Part shown: one piece after another, positions 38,941 through 51,522 of the stretch
Layout of the letters: each line of letters begins with the position of its first letter
How positions within the stretch are numbered: position 1 is the stretch's first letter
Origin: Ptychomitrium polyphyllum
Taxonomy: Eukaryota
Direction of reading: 5' to 3'
Length of the DNA stretch: 64,000 nucleotides
NCBI GenBank assembly: GCA_973851085.1
Contig: OZ316775.1
Span: 7,750,001-7,814,000 of the forward strand
Program-made: the position numbers and the translations under genes
The notes under the pieces: generated by a model
Seen by the model: only the letters and a program-made list of their open reading frames with translations
Told to the model about the DNA's origin: nothing
Database searches by the model: none

Positions 38941-39841
38941 ATGCCGCGTTTCATTCCCGTGCAGTGCCACAAGTGCTCCGTCCTGCAGGTTCGTGCTATT
39001 ACCCTTCCTTCACATTGCCAACCCAGGCAGTGTTTGTGTTTACAGTAGAATGTGCACAGCAGTGTGATTCAGAGGCAGGTCAACATTGTCTTGGTAATAC
39101 TAGGGTGGGAGATTTAAGATGCAGATTGTGGCATCATAATGTGGTAGGTATTCCTGATTTATCATTCTGAGGAAAGTGTGTTGTATAGATCAAACCGGCC
39201 GAAAAGCTAGGACTCAAATGGTGCTGTAGCATGTGTCGGAAGCCCGAAGTGAAAGTGAGCGTTGCAACTCCTGAGAGCCAGGCAGTCTCGGATGTGAGAC
39301 TCTTCGTGGAGGAGCTCAACTTGCCACAGGAAGCAGAGGAAATGGGAGCTGTGGCCAACACTTTCCGTGGTGTGGAGAATCTGGATGGCGTTTTTAACTG
39401 GGAAGGATTGTATTCCCAGTCTGCCAAGTTACAGCAGCAGAGGAACTGGAAGCGTGTTAAGCCCATTGAGGTTCCGCTCATACATGATCTCTATTATAAT
39501 TTTTTGGATACCATACTGCTTTTGGTGATGTAATTCAGGGTTTGCATTTTGTTCTGCAGAGATTCATGTTATTTAAACCTAATTCTTTCAATGGGGGTGA
39601 TCGTTAATTCCTTATGCAGATATACGAGGACGCTTTTGCAATGCGTGTAGACGCTAAGGAAAAATATCTTAGCAAGACGAGCTCGGATGTTGGCCAGAGG
39701 CGTTTTGGATCTCAACAGCGGGATTTTCTGAGCTCTCTGTGGGGAAGATGGCACCAGAAAGCATCAAATAAGGATGTGGTTGAGCTTATGGAGTTCGCAG
39801 GCGGTCCTGGAAATGAAGAGAATGTCCCTCCACGTTCCTAG
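38941..39841 (+). CDS. MRN-complex-interacting protein (MRNIP/UPF0544)-like zinc-ribbon protein, 3 exons, ~183 aa
   Basis: Exons 38941-38988, 39189-39470, 39620-39841 (all phase 0) give MPRFIPVQCHKCSVLQIKPAEKLGLKWCCSMCRK...SDVRLFVEELNL, matching the MRNIP N-terminal pattern CxxC..Q..KWxCxxC..DxRxxVxxLN. Confidence 0.8.
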
Positions 39842-40552
39842 GGTTCTGTACATAACACAGTATTATTAAGACCTATTGTAGTCATTCATTTTTGTAAATT
39901 AATACTGAACAATTCCATCTAGCTGCAAACCTCTGCCATTTAGCTGGGGGTGTGATGTTTTCTTATGCCTTGAATGTTCTTTCCGAGTATCCTGTGAGTA
40001 AGCTTATATCGTTTCATAGAATATGGTTTAGTCTTGGTGTTAGCCTGACAGAGTTAAGTCCTGAGAACCACTGCTTGCTTTTGTGCCAACCTTGTCGGCC
40101 ATACCGAAACTAACTGCAACGAAATCGGAGTTTCGTATGAGAATTGGAATTTGGTGCTCAAGAGCACAACCTAAAAGAACAACTGCAGTCAAGATTGTGA
40201 TAATTAAATGCGTCTTGAAGATATTCCTGAATCTGTAGGCAAGGAGCACAAAATTTGGCTGGCACGATCGAATCCCAACTAAAATGGTTGCAACGAGGGC
40301 AAATGGAGAATTTTCTTTTTAGACAAATGAATTAAGGAACATAGGGTTAATCCATTGCTAAGTTGGTATTGGTCGTGTAATAATTATGTGGATATTCTGA
40401 AATAAACTTGTACGATTTGATAAATTTGTGATAGGACGTGCTGACCGATAGTACCGGCAATCAATGTAATAGGTATTGTTTACAAAGCACAGAACTACAG
40501 AATAGTTGATGAATTGCAAGTGGCCCAACTTCCGAGGCAAGCTGCAGTTGAT

Positions 40553-43500
40553 CTACTTATAAAAATCATCAACATCCTCGTTTAATAGTGCCTCCATGTC
40601 ATCTGTGAAATCCCCCCAACCTGCCATCTTCGCAGCCGCTGCTATTCCATCAGGATCATTTGGACCTTGAGGCGGTGATGGCTCTCGAGGTGGTGATGGT
40701 GAAGGTGATATCAGGTCCCAACTTGCCATCTTTGTAGCCGTTACTGTGCTATCAGGGACCTTCGTAGGTTTTTGAGGTGATGATGGCGATGGACGGGGTT
40801 GCGATTGAGGTCGGGGCGGTTGTAGTCCTTGTTGGAGTGGCGATGGCGATGGTGGTGGTTGACGTTGGGATCCGGGTTTGGATGGTTGAAGTGGCAACAG
40901 TTGTGAAAAGAGTTGAGATCCGGGATGAGGTGGTTGTTGTTCCTGCTGCGGTGGTGACGATTGAGGTTGAGGTTGCGGTTGAGACCCGGACTGGGGTCGA
41001 GGTTGAGGCAGTTGTTCCTGTCGTGGCAATGGTTCCTGCTGCTGGTGCGGCTTAGGTACTGATCCTTGTGGAAGATCTGTATGCACAGCAAACACCTGTG
41101 CATGGCAAAAATCATGGTACTGAGTTTAGAACCCAGGAATAGTTCACACGTCAATACCAAAGCTTGTAGCTGCTGGTCTAAACAACCGGGTGATATTTTC
41201 ATGCTGTTGGTAACGTAAAGACGTAGAGATCAGAAAGAGGACTGACTCAACTATGATACATATATTAACAAGAAGTGGGTTTCTAGAGGAAAGTTGAAAG
41301 AAATGTGAAATATATGAGTCTGTACATGCGTCTAGATCTGAATTCCGGAAACAAGGAAACGGCCAAGTAAACTCATGCTAGAATAGCGCTACAATACTAC
41401 AGCTGTGGCCTGTTTTATAAGGCGTTTCAAAAGTCAGATAGATCAAACCTGTACAACATTGTTGATAGTGATGTTTAGATAGTGTGCTGATGGGCTGAAG
41501 ATGGCAACCTGTAGAACCATCGTATGTGATTATTGAAATTTGTTTCAGGCATCTAGTAAGCAATTAGCCACTTTCAGGCGAAGTTGAGGTATATCTGCAG
41601 TGGATCTTATATCATCTATAAACCTCTGATGGACCATCAAGACATCTCCATTAACACCCAGTCTTAATAGCGAGAACTAACCATTAAATAAAATCCCAGT
41701 CACATTCAAAGATACAACAAACACTTATAAAGAGTCAGGGGGTTAGGTGCAATGGTTCTCTGGCAGGCACAAGTACTCTGCACTGATATATGTGAGGCAT
41801 ATGCAATACGTCGATCACAAAAGCTTCGACACATGTGAAAATACCTGTTTCAGAACGATAACAGCTCCTGGGGTGATGGCCCTCGCATAATCTACATTTG
41901 AAAAGACCTTATGATTCATCATCCCTGCCACCGTTCCTGTTGGATCCTGCGCAAACCTGGTCACAACTCACTGTCGGCATGATATGGCTTCCTGTACATC
42001 TATTGAACGGACCCCAAAGGTGTGGTAATTGCTAATATTACCACTATGCTTGATTTAATCTGATGCAACGTCCCTCCACACTGTAACATCGAAAAATTCA
42101 GCTTAATAGGCAAATTTCCAAGACTCACAGGTTAGATAATGAACTCCATAGTCCTATATCGTTCAACCACTCCCATGTACAATAACCGCTGAATTACCAG
42201 TGTTGGTAACTCACCTTCAGTATAACCGCTATATCTCCAAAGACATTGGGAGTCAGCTCCTTGATGACGGCTACAAACTGCCCCAGAAGCATCCAAGTTT
42301 TTTTAATCCATGTTCCGATGCAAGGGCAAATTCCAAGCACCTCACACAAACTTAAGAATGAAAGCTCTACATTGTCCCACTAATACTGGCAAAAACGGGT
42401 TCGTGAACGCAGAATTTCATGGAGTTCCGTTCCGGTGACTTCAGGCGAAACAACTCTGTTGTTCATAAGAGATTGCAAAACAGTATGCAGAAATTCGTAC
42501 ATGCGGAACGCGTTGTTGTATGCGTAAGGCCCCGATGCTGCTTGCCGTCACCTTCAGAATCGCATATTTTACTACAGATATCAAGAAATTTAACCAGTAA
42601 ATACTTTAGTTCCTGGTTGGCAACGGGCAACACACGGTATCCCATAATCACAACTAAGGTAGTCTCGGTGACCTATTGCCAACTATCTGGTTACCACGAC
42701 TCTGAAGAGAATTGCTCAGAAAGGGAAGAATCTTATCCCACGTACATATGAAAGGTGAAGTAAAGTAGATACCTGGATCAAACTCATCGACATTCAGGCT
42801 CCGCAATGCTCTAATCCAAGCTCCTTTGCGGAAAATCCTGTCGTTGAAATCATCCTCTCTAGGACAAAAACCAAAACCATTCCCATCGCCATCACCATCT
42901 ACGACATCCCCATCATCACATTGGTCCCTCTGGAAGAGATCCCCAACAGGACCAGGAATCCGAGGCCTCTTTCTCGGCCTGCCCCCATTCGCTCCCGACG
43001 ATGAACCACTCTGCGCGAAGTACTTCCTAATGTCAACTACTGGCTGCTGAGAACCCTTCTCTCTAGGATTAGGATTACATAATCCTGGCGCTTGCAACGA
43101 CCCAATTCGTTGCTTCGGTTCATCACCCCTCGATGCCAAATTCTGCGTGACTATGGGCACACTAGACCCCTCTCGAGAAACCACAGGCAGGAACAACGGC
43201 AACAGAGGCAATCGTTCATTGGAGCCATTTCCTCTCGACCCCAGGCTCTGTGTGGGTAAAGGCACCGTAGAACCACCTCGCGAAACGTATGGCTCCGCAG
43301 TTAAGCTTGCAACTTGCGTGGGCGCGTCGGCCACGTCCGCATTCAGCAATGGCGTAACCCTATTCTCGGACTGCAATCTCGTAACCCCAATTTCCAACCT
43401 TGAAACCCTAATTTGTGCCTGCTCTTGCACCGCAGCCTGCTGCGACCCTAGTGGCGCCGCTGCTTGGGATGGAAACGCAAGACCATCGCCTCCCTCCTCC

Positions 43501-43604
43501 TGCGCCTCTCCTTCTCCAGGCTTCGTCTCTTCCTGCTCAGGCTTGCTCCCCGCTGCCCAAATATCTGAAAGATCCAAATCTAACTCATCCTCCCAGGAAC
43601 CCAT
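40553..43604 (-). CDS. HROB (MCM8IP/C17orf53, DUF4539) homolog, 6 exons, ~556 aa
   Basis: Exons 43604-42773, 42571-42501, 42277-42215, 41946-41845, 41508-41449, 41095-40553 are in frame. Motifs RIPGPVG, FRKGAW, FVAVIKELTPNVFGDIAVILKDPTGTVAG, ITPGAVIVLKQVAIFSPSAHYLNITINNVVQVF match the DUF4539 OB fold. Confidence 0.9.
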
Positions 43605-46600
43605 TTCTGCACCTCACCATCACCAATTTCACTCACTCGTTCCCTGCTTCCGAGACAACACGGTTGTTACTCACTCCACATCCCAAAAACGCTTTGACAA
43701 CATAGGGATGACCCCAGATCATGCCAATCCTCCCTGCGATGCTATCATCTCTTCCCTCAAGTTTTGTCACCACATAGCAGAGAATGGAACCGGTTGTTGA
43801 TAGGAGGTTGCATCAATATGGTCAAAGAGATGAGACAAAAGAATATGGACTCCAACACTAGAGAGAGATGTATTTGGTTCAGGCAACAGGCATGTGAACA
43901 TCCTCATCGCCAAGCGAAAGACTTGGCATTGCTGCATCACCATGGTACTCTTGCAGGCAGTTGAGATGCGGCGTCTGCAACACACTTGCGTCCAGCTGCT
44001 TCAAGTAGTGACCCGAGCGCAAGTCCAGCCGTGGGCCGCTACACTATCTGAACCCGCTTCCCCATGTGGTGTTCTAGCAAGTAGCATTTTTTAACAGCAG
44101 TATGGAGTATACTTTGGGCCTACAGTTGGGAGATGTGACCAAGGAAGGGTAGAAAGAAAGAAAGAAGTGTTTTGCTCCCTTCTTATGGACTTGCATGAGT
44201 AGTATTTGTTTCTCTATTGTTTTGTTTTTATGTTCACATAAAAAGAGGATATAGACCAAGGGATGCGAGCCTCTTGCTTTTGGAGGCTTGTTAGGTGATT
44301 TTGTGACAGAGAGTGGTTTGGCATTGTTAGCCAACTATAGCAAAGGTAGGAAGTTTAATTGTTGTATTGATCAGGAAGTGTTTTGTTGTAATATTTGATA
44401 TAGTAGAATGGACAAGGTTTGTGTGGAATTCAATTAACGGTTATTGATAGTGCTGAACATAGAAGTAGTGGTTAGAACTACCTTATTTGTTATTATATTT
44501 GATTTTATGGTCAATCAAATTGATTTGATGATGGTTAATTGTTTTATTAATTGTAACAAGATAAATATTACATGAAGTATTGCTATTATATTTATGTTTT
44601 TTATTTTTAATTTTATGAAGGATTTCAATATTGTAGATGGTTCATGTGGTTTTGTTATGGATGGAATATGCTTAGAAACTCTTGTATAAATAGTTTTAAC
44701 AACAGTGGTGCAAAATTATAATATATTATTTTTAATGTTTTTTATTTGAAATATGCATTTGTTTGTTCTATAAAGGATTTTGTCAAATCAAAATTTAATA
44801 TATTGTAGTATGTAAATTCTATCAAAGGTATAATAAATTTAGATTAGAATATTTAAATGACTTGCTATGATATAAAAGTCCAAGGAATTCAGATTTAAAA
44901 TGCGCATTATAGTGGCATCTTTTATTTTTACATGTACAAGATTAAAGCCAAGGAAAAACAATGTTATTAAAAAAAAAATCATTGAATGTATTAGCATTAG
45001 TTAATATAAACTCATGGATTTATTTGTAGATATTAATAGTTTTCTAAGTTTTTTAATTGATTTACTATGTTTTTTACTCTTGATGCATAAAGTTTTTATT
45101 GATTACAATTAAAGAATATAGATAGCCATATATATAGTTTTAAAAGATTCCAAAATTTTGTTGATGTTTCATTATCTATCTTTTCATTATTTATCCAATT
45201 ATCAGTCTTTAAAAAAGATTATTCCAAAAATTCACTGTTAACTTCTTTAATATTTTAATAAAACATCCTTAAAGATGTGAAATAAGGCCTTTATATGGAG
45301 TATTTTCTATATAATGCCATTATTCTCTATGAAAGAATGAAAGAGTAGGGATTCCATTTTCATACAAATATAATAGAGCTTTATGTTCTTTCCAATTTCT
45401 TAAATAGATTCATTGGTTAATCTATTCTTTAATATTGGCATTTGGACATATTTCAAATATTTTAAAAAATATCTACAGATTTGCATCATTTCAACTATTA
45501 ATTCTATAATAGATTTGTCTTGATTGGTTTATATAATTATTTAGATTTATAATAGAAGGCTATGAAGATATCTACTTTATCAATAGTTTTTTTGAGATTT
45601 TAGTTTTTTTAATGTAACCAAGTGATACATAAGCATATTTGACATTGATATAGTGTTTTGAGGTTTCAAGTAATAAAGTAAGAATATCCTAAATTAAACC
45701 CTAAGCATTCAAGCATAAGTGTGGTGGTGGTATGAAAAAATAAGTACTTCTTATAGATTGGAAAAAAATATGTATATAAAATGTATTATTTGTTATAATT
45801 TTATCCTAAATAATGAAATAATTATGGACTTTTTAAATAAAAAAATTTACAAGTTTTTTTAAATATTATACAAGTCATTTAAAAATCTATTTTTTTTGCT
45901 CATTTAAAGCTGTATAAGTTTTAAAAAATGCAAGAATTCAAATGACTAATACTTAGTTCCAAAAGAAGGTATAAGATCATCCACTTCTTAATTCTACAAA
46001 GGCCTACATATTGGTCGTAGAGTGGATTTGTTTATAATATTTCTCTAGACAATTGTAGCATTTTTTTAAGGAATTAAAAAATTGGATCTTATCAAAATTT
46101 TGTTGGATTCCACTTTTCAAAAAGGTAATTCCATCTATTGTTCTACTATAAATTAGGTATAAACAATAGAATTTTTTTATATTAATATCTTTACAATATG
46201 CTCTATTTTTTACAAGTAATATAATATTTCCAAAAATTGATGACTATTGGTATTGTGAATCTTTACAACACCTCTATATATCATTATAATACATGTCTCA
46301 CCATTGCTTTCAAGTTTAAAAATGATCTAAATAGTGAATCACAAGAAAGAAAATTAACTTTCAAAACAATCTAATACTTGCATTTAATATTGTAGAATGC
46401 CATGAATACCTAAGAACATTTTAAATATATATCCAATAAAATACATATCATGTTGTAACTAAAGAAGTTTCTTCATTGTTGTAGGGCCTCAAATACTATA
46501 ATGAAATCATCACATATTATGGTCTAAATTGATTTTTACTTTCATTTTTTTATATTAAAATTAGTTTCTTAGAATTCTAAAAAGATTAAATAACTGAAGA

Positions 46601-47449
46601 GCTTCAACTAACTTTTGGCTTAATTAGAAAAGAAAAGAATTCCTAATAAAAATTCATGTTGTGAAAATAACATTTTGTTGATTAATGTAATGTACAATGT
46701 ATGGCCAACAATTTTCTTTCCCAAAAAATAAAGTTCAAGTTTTTCATGCAATTTTTTACAAAAACTTTGAAAACTGAACACTTGTTTTAACAGTATAAAA
46801 TTTTAGAATTTTCAAACATGGGATAAAAAATACATACGTTTCTAATACATCCTTCACTTTTAAAATTTGTAGAAAATGAGCACCACTTGCAAATAGCTAA
46901 ATTGTTAAAAAATTGAAAACTGATATAAAACAACCTAAAACAAACAAACAAACAGGATCCTTTAATTGCATCATTTATTCAGGTCAAGGGTCTACAATTA
47001 TTCCAAAATCGTAGAGGGTACAGGTGTCTCATTGCTTAAGTAACTTCAGGCATTACCTTAACATTTCAGTAGCTTACACACTTGAATGTGCTTTTGAATC
47101 TGTAATGAGGACAGGAAATCAAGTCTTTTGCACATATCTAAAAATAAAATTACATAAGAATCACATTGTAAAGGAAAAGACATTTCTCACAAAAAATACA
47201 GTGCAACACAAGTTGCCCAAGCTAATGTTGCCAGAGGTGGCTTCTTCACTGGACACAACCTGCCCAATGACTTGCAACTTCTATCACTTCACTTTGCTAA
47301 CTTCCTGATGTGATATATGATTTGTTCCTGTTCTGCATAGTGATTTCGTACCTTGTCTTAGTCAATATCTTGGTGATCTTTCAACTGCTCAAGCAGAAGC
47401 TGGAATAGGATTTGGATTTGTTTACTGAGTTTGAATGTGCAAATAATTG

Positions 47450-48290
47450 CTAGTGTGCCATGCAACATTCCTCAGCCAGGCAGCAGCATGGGCAGCAACA
47501 AAGTACATGTAAGGTGGACATCACACTGGAGAAGCACCCATGGTTTTTCCGTTGAGAAGGAGCCTGGTGGGCTTTGGCCATGCACATGGACTTTGAATGT
47601 AATCTAATTCGAGATGGGTGTTGTGCACAGTTCATGATTCCAAATTGAATTAGATACTCAGTACATTTACTTTGATATTTGACATATTGTAGATTATCCT
47701 GAACATCAAAATGAAGTGTGTAGGGAATGCAGTTTGTACCATCCTTTACACCAGCCTGTCCTGCCTTGGGCAAGTTTTGGTTGGAGGCGCATGGAAGAGG
47801 TGAAAGATCTCTTTGCCTGTGGAGCTGTGTTTGGCCTTGGTTGAGGGCTAATTGGAGGTGCTGAAGGATCCCTTCCATAACCTGCAGCATAAGCAACTTC
47901 TTCTTTAGTCAGTGAAGCTGAAATACATATCATGACCTAGTGTGCACAACTGGAAAATCACAATAATGAGCCTGATGCATTCTTGGTCCTGGTGTCTAAC
48001 AAAATCCTCCTTGGCACTTTTAAATTGCATGTAATGGAACCTCAAATGTAACATAGCTGCTGTTTTAGTCAGATTTTACTCAGGACAATTGGACCATTGA
48101 GGACAAGCAAATTTGCAGTTTCTATAATCACAATGGTACCTGCAACTCCACTTCCATCATCTGCACAAATTGAACAGAAATCTTTTAGAAGTCTACTGCA
48201 AACATGAAAATGGAAGTCAAGATATCTGTCTTGGCATCTACATGGCAAAGTGGCTGTAATGTCAAGTTGCTGTAACGAACTTGTAGCCAT
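47450..48290 (-). CDS. Divergent CYSTM-like (cysteine-rich tail-anchored) small protein
   Basis: Exons 48290-48281, 48160-48140, 47917-47740, 47525-47450 give MATNDGSGVAASLTKEE..PSAPP..GWCKGC|VMSTLHVLCCCPCCCLAEECCMAH*, with the phase-2 intron in the Cys codon typical of plant CYSTM genes. The 5' exons are less certain. Confidence 0.72.
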
Positions 48291-49679
48291 AACTACTGCA
48301 AAAGACAGTTTTCTTCTTGTCAATTCTACATCTTCTTCTCACTGGTTGAATCCCAATATATTTTTTTAAGTTTTGATATCCATGTGATGTGAACAAAATT
48401 CATTGCAAAATCTGAACTGTGTTAAGCAAATTTTGAAAGGTTGGCTATTTATACATTTTCCATTTCCTGTTCAGGACCAAGCACTGGAAATGTGACCAGA
48501 GCAGTGAAACCCTGTTATAATGTGAGAACCTGTAACTATCCTGTAATTATTGTAGCATGAGAGGCTGCCCATATAGTACAGTTTCAGTTTCTGGGGACAG
48601 CTTTTTAGTTCAAGTTTGGGGAACGTTGTAACATGTCCAGGTAACAGCAATTCCACTGTTTGGCTCTGGTACTAAAACCGTAAATCATGGAAAGAGGGAA
48701 AAGCTGATGTCAACTGATTTGTAATAAAAATTGCAACCCCGGGGTGGAGAGATTTAAAATGGTATTGAAGAGTGAACTTGTTCCATCAACACTCCTAATT
48801 ATATGATTATGAAATACAAGTGGACCAGTGCTTAACAATCACAATTTGGATTCCTGAAGTGTTGTACTTCCTGGTGCCCTTTCATGTGCAGGCTTTTATC
48901 TTTCACCCAATCTTTTGAAAGTCTTGCTTTTTAAGAGTAAGACATTATTACCTAATATCAGATGTGCATATTCAATTATGTCTTTCAGACCACTACCTGG
49001 ATTATGCTGCCCAATGCATTGTTGTACTGAAGTGATTGCTCGGTTGCAGGGCTTCAGACACTGTTGACAGATGCCATTATGAAATGTTTGCATTCTGCAT
49101 CCATGGAGTATTCAGAAGATTAATTCAAAAATTACCTCTTGAAGGTTCACACCAGTTAGATATGCAGGGCCTAAACTAGGGCTCACTGAAATCTTCAATT
49201 TGCTTCTATGTAAAAAGTTAAATCCTGTTAAGGCAAAGTTGAATCCAAATCTCTAAATTGGCAAACATTTGCCTATGAACAAACCAAACCCAGAGATCAA
49301 ACAGTGATGCAATTTGCTACTTATTGCAAAAAAAAGGGGAAACATGGCATGATTTATGGCTTGTTGATATGTTTGAAGTTATAGTCTGTTTGAATTAGGA
49401 GGAACTTAAGGTTATCTTCAAGGTCATAAAATCCACTCCAATGGCCTCAAAAAATAGAATGGTAGCTAGCATCATCCCAAACTGTATCATCACAACATCC
49501 CTTTATTTTGCACCAATTCAGATAAGGTAAGAGGGCATCAAAAGCGAGGTTGGGTAGGTTAGACCAGCTATGATTAATTTGTTTTTCCCTACTCCTAATC
49601 AGTAGACATCATTTACTGAAAACAATACTGAAAGCAGTGAGTAGCTAGTCTTCAATTGCCACTTGATTCCTTCAGCATC

Positions 49680-50395
49680 ATGCAATCAAAACCTGGAGAG
49701 AAAGATGGTCCACCCCCGCAAAACCAACAATTTCCACAAGGGTACCCCCCACCTGGTTATCCACAACCTCCTCAAGATTATTATGGCCAGGCTCCACCTG
49801 CTTATGGCTACCCCCAGGCTCCACCTGGTATTATAATCCTTATTATTGCAAATTATAGAAATTCCATAATTTCATTTTGAACTTTACTTTTCATTTAAAA
49901 ATAGGCAAAAATACTAGTGGTTTGTACACATTGTGCCATATCATATGAACTCCAGGATACTTTTACACTGTGTTTGGTATTGCCATTGCATGGAAAACAG
50001 CATATGGCTACCAGCAACAACCACAAGGCTACTATGGACAACAGCCATATAACTATCAAGGAGGGATCATGGCTCCTCCACAACAAGGGTATTACGGCCA
50101 GCAACAGCAACAGCAACAGTCTGCAAGCTGGCTCCAAGGATGGTAGGTTCAATGAATCATTCTTCAAACTGCTACAAGTCAATCCCATGTGAGGTATCAT
50201 TGATAGTTGCTCAGCGAGGATGTTAATTAGGTTACTAAGAGAATAATTAGTACTCTGTGGTAATTGCAACATGCATTGCTCCTGTGCAGTTTGTCGGCAT
50301 TGTGCTGCTGCTGTCTGATGGACGAATGCTTTGGTAATTGCCCAAACTCAGACTTTGAAGCACCAGACTCTACAGGGATTGATTGGTCTAGGTGA
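49680..50395 (+). CDS. CYSTM family protein (GYPP/Gln-rich N-terminus plus cysteine-rich TM module)
   Basis: Exons 49680-49827, 50001-50142, 50290-50395 give QGYPPPGYPQ...SWLQGC|LSALCCCCLMDECF. The exact C-terminus is uncertain because of a possible further donor at 50334. Confidence 0.88.
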
Positions 50396-51500
50396 TTCCA
50401 CATCTGAGATATATTTTGATAAGCACATTGGTATATACCTGTAGAGTACATGAGCCTCTGTTGTGAAGTTTAGAGGGAAGTCCTGCAAGGGGACTGTGCT
50501 CCATGTGCTGTGAACTTTCTAAGGATGTGATGTTATCTGCTGTCATGTAGATATGCTATGATGTGGAAGCCACAGGAGACCAGACAAGCTGTTCAGACTT
50601 TGGCAAAGCAAACTGAATTTCATGCTTGGCTGGCAATATTAATGGTTTCCAGATCTCAAACCCTGCCAGTGTGACAACAGGGTTTTAGAACAACAGAGTG
50701 TCCATCATTGAGTTTGAATCGTGACTTCAAGTGATATCTGAATAGATCAGCTCTAAAATCTTTGGAAACATTTCAAATGCAAGTGAACAGTGTTGTTGAT
50801 ATTTAAAGGATTAAAAATATATGCTGTAAGTAGCTAGAATTTTATTTATTCTGCTTATTATGTCCTTAAACCATTCACAACCAAGCTATCCATGGGGTTG
50901 CTAATCCTTGCATTCAAGCCAAAAATCAGTAAGTATGTATGTTCTTTTTTAAATTTCTTTTCTTTTTCTTTTAAATTTATTGTGATTTTTCATTCAATTA
51001 TTTTTTCTCTTACATATCATGCACCTTCCTTTGATTGTATGTATAGAAATATAGATGAAATCTTAAAAGTATTAAAGAAGTTTTTATGATATCAACTCCA
51101 AAGCTGTTAAAATCACCTTGCATATATAACAAAAATACCTAATATTATAGAAAATTTAATTAAAAAATGCAATAGTAATCTTTATACAGTTTTTATTATA
51201 CAAGTTTCAAATTTCTATTATATTTAGATTGTTAATTTTCTAGCATTTCAAACCTCTTTTACTTTGAAACTTACAGAAAATGCTTTTTAGAAGTTCAATA
51301 TATTTATAAATACATCATGAGGTTGCTTACTTAACCTTTAAGTTTGTCATCTACTTTATGCAAAAATTTATTTTCTCATCTAATTGTTCAATTTTGATCA
51401 TATGAAAGTTTAGTCTTTAAAAGTTTAAAGATTCATTAAAAACTTGATATTTTCATCCTTCTAAATTTATAATTTTGATTCCAAATAAAAGCATTATAAG

Positions 51501-51522
51501 TATATATATATATATATATATA
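51501..51522. repeat. (TA)11 microsatellite
   Basis: Direct reading. Confidence 0.95.

Noticed and set aside
43147..43800. 217-aa plus-strand ORF
   Set aside because: Antisense shadow of HROB-like exon 1.
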